Assembly: GCA_963920595.1 (NCBI GenBank)
Contig: OY986946.1
Span: forward strand, 1,240,001 to 1,304,000
Origin: Eimeria praecox
Lineage: Eukaryota
Length of the DNA: 64,000 bases
Reading direction: 5' to 3'
Position numbers and translations under genes: made by a program. Numbering within the stretch: position 1 is the stretch's first letter; every line of letters begins with the position of its first letter. The notes beneath the pieces are model-generated. The model was not told where the DNA came from and ran no database searches. It saw only the letters and a program-made list of their open reading frames with translations. This document shows positions 1 through 55,010 of the stretch, piece after piece.

Positions 1-26276
<26,276 letters not shown>

Positions 26277-26458
26277 CTGCAGCAGCAGCAGCAGCAATAG
26301 CTGCAGCAGCAACAGCAGCAATAGCTGCAGCAGCAGCAGCAGCAATAGCTGCAGCAGCAGCAAATGCTGCAGCAGCAAATGCGGCTGAGTCTGTTGCTCT
26401 TTTGAATGAATTTGCCCGACCATGATTTTTTATTTTTATTGTTTTCCTCGCTTGCTGC

Positions 26459-26496
<38 letters not shown>

Positions 26497-26717
26497 CTGC
26501 TGCTGTTGTTGCGGCTGCTGCTGCTGTTTTTGCTGCTGCTGTTGCGGCTGCTGTTGCTAGTAGTAGTAGTAGGAATGTTTGTTGCTGCTGTTGTTTGAAT
26601 CTTATGCTGCTGCTGCGGCTTGCACTGCGTGTTGCTGCTGCGGCTGCTGTTGCTGCTGCTGTTGCTGCTGCTGCTGTTGCTGCTGCAGTCGCACGCGGTG
26701 TATTCGCAGCACTCTCT

Positions 26718-27370
26718 TGAGGTGTACGTACACCTCATTGCTGTGTAGCCGTTGATGTTGTGTTTGTTCTGAGCTTTGATAGCTGAGCTCCTGCAGCATT
26801 CAGGTGTATAGGCAGCTTCTAAACTGGTAGGCAACACGCAGCAGCAGCAGCAGCAGAAGCAGTAGCAGCAGCAGCAGGTAGTGCTGCTTGCTGCGGTGTA
26901 TATACAGAACGTAAGAAGGAGAAATCTTGAATAGAAATAGAAGAGTGGAAGGCGTAGGGATGAGGTGTATGTACACCTCAGGGTGTATAGGCAACTCGTA
27001 CTAAACATAAAATAAAAATAATAAAAAAGCAAACGGCTTTCTCCTCTGCTGCTGCAGCAGAGCAGCAGCAGCATTCATCAACAGCAGCAAATATTTCTTT
27101 ACCTTCCAAGGTGTACGTACACCTCAAAATTTATGAAAACCCCAAATTGAGGTGTATAGATGATATATAAACCTCAAATTGAAGTGTATATGCATCTTAC
27201 ACCGAGGGATGTTTATCTACAACTTAAATTGAGGTGTACGTACACCTCAAATTGAGGTGTATATATCTATCTACACTACACCTTAAATTGAAGTGTACAT
27301 ACACCTCAATCCTTAGAGCGAGGTGAGGTGTACGTACACCTCAACCTCGAGGTGAGGTGCGTGTACACCG
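26718..27370. repeat. Cluster of palindromic GAGGTGTACGTACACCTC-family motifs
   Basis: Perfect or near-perfect palindromes at 26718-26737, 26961-26980, 27109-27124, 27229-27250, 27288-27310 and 27319-27349, plus half-sites. Confidence 0.85.
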
Positions 27371-27449
27371 CAAATTCAAATTAGAAATTGATATGGATGG
27401 ACTTCATCGACTGCTAGCAGACCTGTGATAAACTACCTGGGGAGAAGGG

Positions 27450-28147
27450 ATAGGTAGCTACCTACTCCTAGCTAGCTAGCTAGCTACATACTCCCAGCTA
27501 GCTAGCAAGCTGGCTACTCCTAGCTAGCTAGCTAGCTACCTACTCTAGCTAGCCACCTACCTACTCCTAGCTAGCTAGCTAGCTAGCTAGCTAGCTAGAC
27601 ACCTCTAGATAGTCAGCTAAATCTCACCAGCTAGTTAGAGACTCCTAAGTAGCTAGCCACCTAGCCAGCCAGCTAGCCAACCAGCTAGCTAGTTAGCTAG
27701 CTAGTTAGCTAGCTAGCTGAGTAGCTAGCCAGCTAGCTAGCCAGCTAGCTATCTATCAGTGGTAGCACGCTAGCAAGCAACTTAAGAGCGTCCGCGAAAC
27801 AAAGGAGCAGCCCATAGTCAGCTGGATGCTTAACTATGGTGACCTACAGCTAGCTAGCTAGCTAGCCATACACCTAGCTAGCTAGCTAGCCATACAGCTA
27901 GCTAGCTAGCTAGCCATACACCTAGTTAGCTAGCTAGCCCCACAACTAGCTAGCTAGCCACCCATACAGCTAGCTACCCAGCTAGCCATACACCTAGCTG
28001 ACTAGCTAGCTGCTGCGGCTAGCTAGTCAGCTAGCCGCAGCAGCTAGCTAGCTGGCTAGCCATGTAGCTAGCCAGTCAAGTAGCCATACAGCTAGCCACA
28101 TAGCTAGCTAGCTAGCTAGCCATATAGCTAGCTAGCCAGCCAGCTAC
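27450..28147. repeat. Degenerate (TAGC)n self-complementary tetranucleotide satellite
   Basis: About 700 bp of agct/tagc units between two convergent genes. Confidence 0.9.
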
Positions 28148-28195
28148 ATGTAAACCCATTGAGAAGGTGATTTCTCGTGTGGCGGCAGAGATGTA

Positions 28196-28250
<55 letters not shown>

Positions 28251-28251
28251 G

Positions 28252-28292
<41 letters not shown>

Positions 28293-28386
28293 TAGATTTT
28301 ATATATATAGGCATGTATATCTCTATACGTACATATATAATGTATATACATTAATATATATCTATATATAATATATATACTATACG

Positions 28387-28465
<79 letters not shown>

Positions 28466-28544
28466 CTTGACAGTTAATAGATTAATTTTTATAGGAGTTA
28501 GTTATACAACTACTACGACTGTACAATGAACGCACCACCACCAC

Positions 28545-28575
<31 letters not shown>

Positions 28576-28612
28576 TGCTGCTGCTGCTGCTGCAGCAGCA
28601 ACAGCATCTGTA

Positions 28613-38784
<10,172 letters not shown>

Positions 38785-38802
38785 ACGAGCTAGCTGTCGC
38801 TA

Positions 38803-38837
<35 letters not shown>

Positions 38838-39464
38838 AGTTAGCTGTAGCTAGCTGCTGCGGCATCTATCTGTAGCTAGCTGTTGCTTTACTTGCCTGTA
38901 GAGAGCTACAGCTAGCCGTAGCTAGCTGTAGCTAGCTGTAGCTAGCTGTAGCTAGCTGTAGCTAGCTGCTGCTGCAGCTAAACACTAACAGGTGCTGCTG
39001 CTGCTGCCAGGCACCGCCGTACAGCAGAGTACGCGAATCGTTTGTAGTGTTTTTGTTTTTTTTATTTTATTATATTTATTTTATTTTATTTTATTTTATT
39101 TTATTTATTTTATTTTATTTATTTTATTTGTTTTATTTTTTCTTCTGATCTTACAAAACAACTTACGAAGAGTCGTTGATTTGGCGTCGTTAACAACTCA
39201 GCAAGCATTCTGTCTTTGTGTGTTTTTAATATAATAATTAATTAAATAATAATAATAATTAATAATAATTAATAATAATTAATAATAATTAATAATAATT
39301 AATAACAATTAATAATAATTGATAATAATTAGTAATAATTAATAATAATTAATAATAATTAATAATAATTAATAATATATAATTAAGACGATGAAGGCCA
39401 TTTAACTGTATTTTCAGATCTTTATATCCGAGAAGTACAGAGAGGCAGCAACCGCAAAGACAAG

Positions 39465-40125
<661 letters not shown>

Positions 40126-40391
40126 ATTATAAATAATAATGTGTGTGGTGTTGTTGTTTAAATAAGAAAGAATAGATGTATTAGCAGAGAGTTTCTCTTC
40201 CTACAAGTTATCTACTTTCATCTTAAATATAAATACAGACAAATATCAATGGGGTGTACGTACAGCCTAATGCATGCAGCAGCTACAATTGGCTGCTGCA
40301 TGCATGCAGCAGCAAACTCTATCATCGCATCGCTGCTGCTGCTCTCCCTCTTTCTATAGCTTAGGGTTATCTTTGGTTGTATCGGGGCTGT

Positions 40392-40494
<103 letters not shown>

Positions 40495-41179
40495 TAGATA
40501 TAGATATATTTGTATGCATGCGGGGGTTTGTTTATGTGTGAAACTACAGACAACTCTCTCTGCTGCTGCTGCTGTCTATACAGCTAATTAAACAACATCT
40601 CCTGATTCTAGCAGCAGCAACAGCAGCAGCAGCAACAGCAGCAGCAGCAACAGCAACAGCAGCAGCAGCAACAACAGCAGCAACAGCAGCAACAGCAGCA
40701 ACAGCAGCAGCAGCAACAGCAGCAGCAGCAACAGCAGCAACAGCAGCAGCAGCAACCGCAGCAGCAGCAACAGCAGCAGCAGCTACAGCAATAGCAGCAG
40801 CAACAGCAAAAGCATTCATGTTAATATATCTTCTAATAAAACTTTAAATATCACTCTCCAGCAGCATGCAACGTGCTGCTTAGCTACAACAGCACTACAA
40901 TTATTCTTTGGTTTCTCTTCTTACAAACATACACTAAGGAGGTTAAGCCCCCGATAAGTAATTATAGTATATATATTTGTGTTAGTATGTAGGCGAATGG
41001 CTCGGTTGTTTGTGTATGCAGGGTTTTATATATTTGTTTGCTCCTTTAAGGCTTTGTTATCGTCACATACAGCAGTATATAACACACACCAACATATATA
41101 CTCAAAATCACGGGAAAGGGGAGGAGCAGATAGAAGGGAATACGAAATAATATGGAAGCGAGAACTGTACAAATATTAC

Positions 41180-41229
<50 letters not shown>

Positions 41230-41409
41230 TAGTTATGAGTAGAGCAGAAATGCTTACGGATGGCCGGACCCAGCGGCTGCAGCCCCGATGAGTGTGCTAT
41301 GGTTTCTGCTTTGCATGTTTAGACTGAAAGTATATTTTTTCGTGATTATCTTCTTTAAAATATTAATTAATAACAGAAATATCATTTAGAATAATTCAAC
41401 TTCGCCACG

Positions 41410-41964
41410 ATGTCGCTTGCAGTGTACGCTAAGATCTGGGCTTCGACGGCACAGTTTCAACAAAGGCGGCATTATGCATGGTACCAAGTAGGGTACGTTC
41501 TTGTTTATTTTTTTAAATTTTAATCATTATTATTATTTTTAAACCTTCTTAAATGTTTATATTCAAAAATTTACGCGAAATCCTTCATGATTTAACCTCG
41601 GATCGGTGCCTCTGTACTACAACTGATGGACCACAGCTAAACTCAACACGTACACTCGAAGCTTCGTGTATATTACTTCTTTCTTTCGTTTTTCTTTCTA
41701 AATAACACAAAAAAAATACATATTTTATCTTCTGTTGAACTATTCAGAAAAACTCCCACGGATTGATGCTACTGCCTACAGAAGGAGTGGCTTCTACCTG
41801 TCTGTCTGTCTGTCTGTCTGTTGGTTGGTTTGTTTGTTTGTTTGTTGATATACTTGCAACAACAGTATTAAACTACACTTTTATGGTGTTGTGTGTTGTT
41901 ATTTAACACCGAATAAATATATTATGTTGTTATTTAAACTTAGATAAGATATATATATACATAT

Positions 41965-42054
<90 letters not shown>

Positions 42055-42297
42055 GGATATCTGTTATGTTCGTATAAACATGAATATCACGAATTTTATA
42101 TTTTTATTTGAATATAATAAACTTATAACATTTATTTTTTTTTGTTTTTCAGGTCTCGTGTTGGCTTATGGGCTGTGCCAGCAAGCATTTGGTGTGCTTG
42201 GTTGTTATTTCCTGCATTACCAGAAGAATATCGTAGTGCCATTACTTTTGGGATTTGGAAGAAACCAAATGTAGGCACAGATTCAAAAGAATTTTAA
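41410..42297 (+). CDS. QCR11: Small single-TM mitochondrial complex III subunit, apicomplexan QCR11-like (75 aa)
   Basis: Exons 41410-41492 and 42153-42297 give [75 protein letters not shown]. This closely resembles my recollection of Toxoplasma QCR11 (not verified by search). It is absent from the ORF track. Confidence 0.8.
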
Positions 42298-42318
42298 ATA
42301 CTTTTCCTTCTTTTTCTC

Positions 42319-42434
<116 letters not shown>

Positions 42435-42449
42435 TTTAATATCTCTCTC

Positions 42450-42481
<32 letters not shown>

Positions 42482-42663
42482 CAAGAAGATGAAGAAGATG
42501 CATGCATACGCCCATCATTGCATGCACAGCGCCTTCATATTCTTCTTTCTCGCAGTCCTCTGTACGATATTCCCGTGCAGATCTTCTGCTTACTCCCACA
42601 ACAAAGGACTGACAGCAGCAACAGCAACAACAGCAGCAGCAGCAACAACAGCAGCAGCAGCAA

Positions 42664-42695
<32 letters not shown>

Positions 42696-42840
42696 GCACC
42701 GGCAGCAACGGCTGTTCTCTAGGGGAGAAGAACGAAATCTTCTTCTCAGCAGAACTCTCTCGCAGATCCTCCGTTGAGTTTGTTTGTAACGATTACAATT
42801 TTTTATACTTTTACAAAATAAAAGAATAGGAATCTGAGGC

Positions 42841-42917
<77 letters not shown>

Positions 42918-43124
42918 CAGCTTTATAGCCCATACAAACAGAGAGAGAAACAAATACATGAAAAGATTAAGAGACAGACAGACATAGACTATATATATAT
43001 ATATATATATATATGCCCCAGCTACATATGAACAGACACAAAATATATCTATAGCTATAGTTATACCTATAACTATAGCTATAGCTATAATCTATATTTG
43101 TCTATCTGTCTATCTATCTAGGTA

Positions 43125-43229
<105 letters not shown>

Positions 43230-43466
43230 TGTCTCTCCATATGTAGCTAGGGGATGTGTCTGTCGCGCGTCCCTCTGTCTGTCTCCCCATCTTTTCTGTA
43301 TTTGTATTTCTGTGTGTATTTCTGTTTGTATTTATATTTATATTTATAATTATATTTATATTTATATTTATATTTGTATATCTCTCTAAATCAAAAACTC
43401 TTCTGCTGGCTTCTTCCTTCTCTTCTGCTGTAATATTCTCCACTTTATCTGCAGCAGATATTTATC

Positions 43467-43540
<74 letters not shown>

Positions 43541-44105
43541 TTATATATATATTATTTATAAAATATAAATATATTTATTATAAAGAAAAAATATTAGTTG
43601 AATATTTTATAGCTGCCTCTTTGTGTGAGTTCATAATTTATTTTCTAGAGTATTTACAATAATAATAATAATAGCAATAATAATAATAATAATAATAATA
43701 ATAGTTATAATTATAATTATAATAATAATAATTATTATTATATATTTACAGATATAGTATATATTATCTACAAGAAATAAATGTTTGTATTATTACTAAT
43801 TAGTATGGAGGGGCGACTTCATACATAGTGTTGTGGCTTCTCCTTCTTATTTTATTTTTATTATTATTATTTACAATATATATTATAACAGTTATTTCTA
43901 CTATTTATAATAAACATTATTATTATTATTATTTATTATTATTATTATTATTGTTTCTATTGTTATAATAATTATTATTAATATTTGTAGGAGTAGCAGT
44001 AAACTGCGTAGATAACTAAAGTTTTTATTACTTAGATAAAACAATAAGCGGAGGGCTTCCACAGATATGCGGAAGCTACAAAAACAAATAAATAAATAAA
44101 ACAAA

Positions 44106-44152
<47 letters not shown>

Positions 44153-44757
44153 ATGATATATAAAAGAAAAGATTTGTTTCTTTCTCGCTTCTTATTTTTT
44201 TTTGGCTGTCTCCCCATATAATACAATAAACCCTTAACAGCCTATAACAAATAAACAGCAACTGAAGCTGCTGCTGCTGCTGCTGTTGTTGCTGTTGCTG
44301 CTGCTGCTGTAGCCTCTGCTGCAGCTGTTGTTGCCCTGTTGGGGGCCTTGCTGCTGCTGCTGCTGCTGCTGGAGCAGCTGATCCCTGCAGCACGTGCAGC
44401 AGCAGCAGCAGCAGCAGCTAGCTAGCTAGCTAGTAAGAGCTACCGGCGCTGCGGCTGTATCTGCAGCTATTCCTGTTGCTGCAACAGCTGCTGCAGCTGC
44501 AGAAGCTTCTACAGACGTTCCTACAGCTGCTGTTGCTGCAGTTGTTGCTGCAGCTGTTGCTGCTGCTGCAGCAGCAGCAGCAGCAGCAGCAGTTTTGGGT
44601 TTGTATTTAAAAACATGTATTTGCCTCCTTCTTGATATATTTAAAGAAGGAAATTTTGTATGGATACGCAGGAGTAGTGTTTATAATATAGTGTTTGAGG
44701 TGTATAGGAGTAGTGTTAATAATATAGGATTTGAGGTGTATAGACAGGTAGACAGAA

Positions 44758-45070
44758 TCAATCAACATCTTCTATCATACTTTTGAAAAGTTGTCTTGTA
44801 TTTAATATTTCTGTAGTAATAATAAGATATTGTATTATTGTATTTTCTTGTCTTCTGTCTACTTTCAAAGTTCCTTCCATCTCTAATGCATTTAATCTCC
44901 TTATTGCTGCTATTTCTGCATGAGATACACCCCCTATATAAAACATTAACACGAGAAGAGGACGACAAGAAGAAGAAGTAGTAGTAGTAGTAGTAGTAGA
45001 AGAAGAAGAAGAAGTACTGTCTCCTGTCTCAGCTTCCCTTTCTCCTTGCTGCTGCTGCTGCTGCCGCTGC

Positions 45071-45111
<41 letters not shown>

Positions 45112-45281
45112 TTGTTGCTGCTGCTGCTGTCGAATTTCAAGGGCAGGACCCCACAAACTGTTGAGTACGTCAGGAATTGCTCGCCAGCCTAAAGGCGTTT
45201 CATGAAGGAGCTGCAGCAACCTGTATATACACCCCACAGCAACCCATACATGCTATGTGTTTTCTAGCCTCTAACCTCATC

Positions 45282-45318
<37 letters not shown>

Positions 45319-45628
45319 AGATGTATATGCACACAAGTGCTTTTCAAACAAAGTGTTTCTAAAGCTTCACTGTACAGAGAACCGTTATACACACAGACAA
45401 TCATACGGAGCTGTCTATACACCGCAAGAGACCATACAACTCGCTCCCCCCCCCTATCTAAACTGCATATTCACTCGAACTGTCTATACACCTCAAGCCT
45501 ACCCTCCAATGAGGTAGAGAGGCAGGTAAAATGGCTGTCTATATATACAGTTGAAGTGCCTATACACCTGAGGTTAGTGTCTATAAACCTAACGTTTCGT
45601 ATATAAACCTCAAGTGTCTGTCTATACA

Positions 45629-45677
<49 letters not shown>

Positions 45678-45735
45678 CTGATCTGGCTATACACCTGAGG
45701 TGCCTATACAGCTACTGTAGATGCCTATACAGCTG

Positions 45736-45800
<65 letters not shown>

Positions 45801-45872
45801 GAGAGAGAATATTGTATATATCTATATCTATATCTATATCTATATCTATATCTATATCTATATCTATATCTA

Positions 45873-45965
<93 letters not shown>

Positions 45966-46390
45966 GAATTACCTGACCGATAAAGGGGCATATCCCGAGC
46001 ATACATAAGCAATATCTTTCATAGATTGTTGCTCATCAACAATTAGATTGCATTTATCTCTAATAAATTTCCACGTTTCTGTTCCCCCATTATACGCCGT
46101 ATATATTTTATTTGTTTTTTTATTTGTATTATTCTGTTCTCTTAATAAACCTACTTTCTGTAGACATGCAATACGTCTCAATTCTCTAATCCCATGTTGT
46201 TGTATGATTGTATGTAATAATAATTTCAATTGATTGCTCTTAATACCTCCACATGTTAGAGAATATAAACAGAGGAGTCTATACACCTCATCTAATGTTG
46301 TAGCTGCAGCAGAACAACAACCAGATGCAGCAGCTGCTTCTGTTGCTGCTGATGCATCTATTAACATCTCGAAAACCTCCGTGTTGCTGT

Positions 46391-46421
<31 letters not shown>

Positions 46422-47088
46422 TCTACTAAGCAATCCTTGTTCTTGTACGAATGTTCCTTGTAATAATTTATCTTCTAAACAGAGTCGATGGTGATAGTTG
46501 GGGTGTCTAGACACCGCAGCAATAAATGAAGCTAACTTAACATGTAAACTAAGAGAGACATGTTCTTGTTGTTTTAATTTAAATTTATCCATAAATGAAC
46601 TAATATCTTTAATTGTTTTCAATTGCTCTTTCATTTTATATGTGTTCTTAATATCTCCCGCTATATTACGTAACATACAACCTACTTCAACCTGGTGTAT
46701 ATCCTGAAGATATCTAAATAAACTATCTCCTGTTAATGATATTCTCTGACAACGTCTACGGTCTATTAATATATTTGTTGCCCCAGAAGATAAAGATAGA
46801 GAAGGAGACATCAAACCATTCTCATTGAAATCTTGTTGTTGCTGCTGTTGCTGCTGTTGCTGCTGTTGTTGCTGCTGCTGCTGCTGCTGTTCTTGCTGCT
46901 GCTGCTGCTGCTGTTGCTGCTGCAGTAAATGGATAGGCACATCTAAACCTGCTGCTTCAACCCCAAGTGTACTATCTAATAAACCATAGTAAGTGAAGTC
47001 AGTACATAGTGGTGTTACGAGATCAACTCGTCTATCAAACAATACAGCCATGTAGGGAGAATGCGGCAGAGACAGACTGCTGCTGCTC

Positions 47089-47131
<43 letters not shown>

Positions 47132-47296
47132 ACCTTCCTTCTTCTGTAGCAGCACGAAGATAGCTACCTCCTGATAGATATGTTTCTTGTACTAACCCAC
47201 AATCTTCTGCATCTAAAACAGAATATACAGGAGGGACAGGAGGATTAGGGAGTCGATGTGCTTCTGTTGAAAACCCAAGATATGGGCTGTCTAGAC

Positions 47297-47339
<43 letters not shown>

Positions 47340-47493
47340 TTTTCGTTTTTGTATAAGAAAATCACTAACAGTTTTGGCTGCACTGCCTATACACCTCAGA
47401 TGTGGAATCAGTCGTTGCTGCATCTGCTGCGGTTGTTGTTGTAACGCCGGTGGCAGCATCTGCTGCTGCTGCTGCTGCATCATCATCATCATC

Positions 47494-47534
<41 letters not shown>

Positions 47535-47704
47535 CAGAGCATCAATAGCATTTGCTATCGTTCTACACAAAGATATATCTCCCTGTGCGTGAAACGCTCT
47601 GAAGAAATTTGGAAGCTCAAGAGACAGAACATCACGTTCTAAGGGGAAGAGGTGTATAGGGCAGTGAGAGACACTGACACAGTCAGGACTAACATTGCTG
47701 CTGC

Positions 47705-47746
<42 letters not shown>

Positions 47747-48047
47747 AGTCGGGGCTGTCGTTGGGGGTGTTGCCTGTAGTGAGAGGTAAGAGAGAGTTTC
47801 CTATGTTTGATATCAGAGCAGCAGCAGCAGCAGGCAAGGATGAATGTGATGTTGATGATGGGGCTGCATGCGTTGGTGGGGAAGATAAGAGACGACGGAT
47901 CTCGCTAGATATAAACTCAGAAGGCTCAGGTATTAAAATAATTAAATACTTCCTTCCACTTTTCGTTGCTACCGGGGGAAGAGGATACTCCCACAACAAA
48001 TCAGAATCGCTGCATGCTGATGTTGCTGCTGCTGCTGCTGCTGTTGC

Positions 48048-48088
<41 letters not shown>

Positions 48089-48587
48089 CAGGACCAGGAC
48101 CAGCAGCAGCAGCAGGAGCAGGAGCAGCAGCAGCAGCAGCACCAGGAGGGGGATGTGCCTGAGGGAAGTGTTGTTCAATATAATGAATATGACGAAGGAT
48201 ATAACGAATACGAGATAAACGAGGACGACATACAAATACAACAGTAGGAGCTTGTGCTGTATGTACAGGTACAGAAGAAATAGATATAGGAAAGGCAGTT
48301 AAAGCAAAGCAGCGTTCTACACCATGTTGCTGGAGAGATGAAGCATCTGTTAGATGAGAGAGAGGATATGCTAGACTCTCTTCCAATATAAATAGTTTTA
48401 ATCCTTCTATTGTACTCAAACCATCTAGAAATATACGGCGATAATGAGTTGAAATAGCTGCAACCGTACTCCCCACTACATCTATACCCCCACCTGTACA
48501 TACACCCCAAGATCCTGAAGAAGATATCGAACAAGCGCCATTTTCTTGAGAAGGAGGAGATATACTGCTACCTAACTCAGGCCGCAT
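44758..48587 (-). CDS. VPS33: Sec1/Munc18-family protein, Vps33 (HOPS/CORVET subunit)
   Basis: Exons 48587-45973 and 45220-44758; 3078 nt = 1025 aa. Motifs: [63 protein letters not shown]. Confidence 0.9.
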
Positions 48588-48638
48588 CAGGCAGCTGCTG
48601 CTGTTGCTGCTGTTGCTGCTGCTGTTGCTGCTGCTGTC

Positions 48639-48669
<31 letters not shown>

Positions 48670-50320
48670 CTGTAGTTGTTCTCTTCTTCGTTTGTGTTTC
48701 TCTCCTTATCAATATACTGTTGTATATATTGAATCAGAGATCCCTCCTACCTTCCTCTCACCATAAGAATGTGTATACACACAAGAGACACAAGACAGCT
48801 AGAAGAAATACAAGACAGCTAGCAGTAACAACAGCTCCAGAGGCTCATCAACAGTTTCTAGCCCTGGAACGGAAGGTTTTTATTGAGTTAAATACATGGA
48901 TATTGAGAAGAGTTTGAATAAAGAAAGGAAGAGAAAAGAGAGAAGAACTCCAAATATATATATGTATATATATACATATACACTCAGGATGCACGAGGGC
49001 GGCCGCTGAAACCGGTCATGCGTCCTCCTGTTTAGAGGAAACAAATTAGTTTTTATTTTGTAATTTTCTCTCAAAAACAGAAAAGGAAACAAAATATTCA
49101 AACTCTACAATTTCTGTTCTTATTTCATCATGGAAAGAGAATACGGGGCTGCTTCTCGTGGCGTCTTCATTGCATGCAACTCATGTTTAATTTACTTTGA
49201 TATGAAAGTAAATATATTTAAAATTTTGTATTCCTTTATAATTTTCGCGAAAGTGTTTCCATAGGAATTCATAACAACGAATGCTCCCCAGCTGTACAGA
49301 CACCCCACGACGGACCACCTGTTCTCGTCGAGCCCATCACACATCACATCTTTCTTTCCGTGAGTATTTTCTGTATAAAATATAATATTTTGTTATTTAA
49401 TTCTTAAAGAACTTCAATTCCATAATATTCTCTATCTCTTAAGGAGTATAAACCCCAAAGTAGCACACAAAGAGCTGATCTCCCCCCCACCTTCCGTTGG
49501 ATATTACTATTTGCACTGATGAGACGGGCGAGATCGTGTGAGAATCCCAATTATAAATTATTTAAATAATATTTATTATGTATATAAAGAAGAAAACTTA
49601 AAGATTATCGTTGAAACATTCATAGAAACCTCACCAATGTCCTGCCTTGCATGTATAGTAAAACAAACAGCGTTTCGGATACACCAGCGTATTCCTTCAG
49701 TATAATATTCTTCTCTCGTTAATTTAAATTATTTATTTATTTTCTTCTCACGAATATATACATTCCCCTGATGTTTATATTTGCAGGTGTTGGGCGAATT
49801 GACGGCGGCAGCGACATCAGAAACCTCCATTATCTTTTGTTGAAGTTTTGTTGTATATCATTCTTTTTCTGTTGATTTCTTCTTTCTTCATTATCTAAAT
49901 CTTTCTAATCTTTCTTGTATTCTTCTTTTCCTGAGTGTTTATTGTTTATTATAGTTTAAGGATTAAAACCTTGTTTATATAGCGTTTGAAAGGAGAATCA
50001 ATTGTCTGTGTTGGCTGGTGTATATATAACAAGCAGCCTTGCATGCATGCATTCATATTATATCGGAATTTGTTAGGAGTGGAGGATTATATAACAATTC
50101 AATTACATGCAGGGTGTTGTATGAATATATAAGATTTAAACATATTTAAAATAAAATAAAATAAAATAAAATAAAATAAAATAAAAATAAAATAAAAATA
50201 AAATAAAATAAAATAAAAATAAAATAAAATAAAATAAAAATAGAATAAAAATAGAATAGAATAAAAACAAGAGAATATAAATAAAGGCCGATTCCAATTC
50301 TTTATTGATTTTTCTCCTTC
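48588..50320. promoter_or_regulatory. Divergent (head-to-head) promoter/UTR region between VPS33 and the TMEM33-like gene, containing TGCATGCA motifs
   Basis: Gene orientations are divergent. TGCATGCA at 49171-49178 and TGCATGCATGCA at 50040-50051. TGCATGCA is a known coccidian non-coding motif and ApiAP2-type binding site. Confidence 0.55.
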
Positions 50321-54491
<4,171 letters not shown>

Positions 54492-54498
54492 ACCCAAG

Positions 54499-54544
<46 letters not shown>

Positions 54545-54956
54545 ATGACCTGAATGGCTAGCGTTTAAGACTAGGGTTCAGGGTTTCGGGTTCTTTTGAA
54601 GTAATTCCCAAGTACAGGGAAATGCTTGCAGGGGGAGGCCAATGCCTCCCTTCCTGCTTTTTCGGCTTTTGGGGAGAAGCCACACTTTTGGTGAATTATT
54701 CTTATGATCGCCATGATTACTTGCATTCTTTAGGGCAATTGCCGTTCTCACTGTTGGCATTGCTATCCCTGTTGCATTATTATTGCTTTTATCCTTGCTG
54801 TACTTGCTAGTTAACTCTGTACGCTTCCTGAATACCAGAATAACTGCATCTTGCACACGTTTTAGAAACATGCGAATTCCAGTAAAAAGAAACTGCTAGA
54901 CTACAGAAGGTAATATGCTAATCCTCTCTGCTGTTCTCCAATTCAAGTCCTGGTTT

Positions 54957-55010
<54 letters not shown>

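Noticed and set aside
26718..27370. CRISPR-like array of palindromic repeats
   Set aside because: Eukaryotic context, irregular spacing, degenerate copies and no cas genes.
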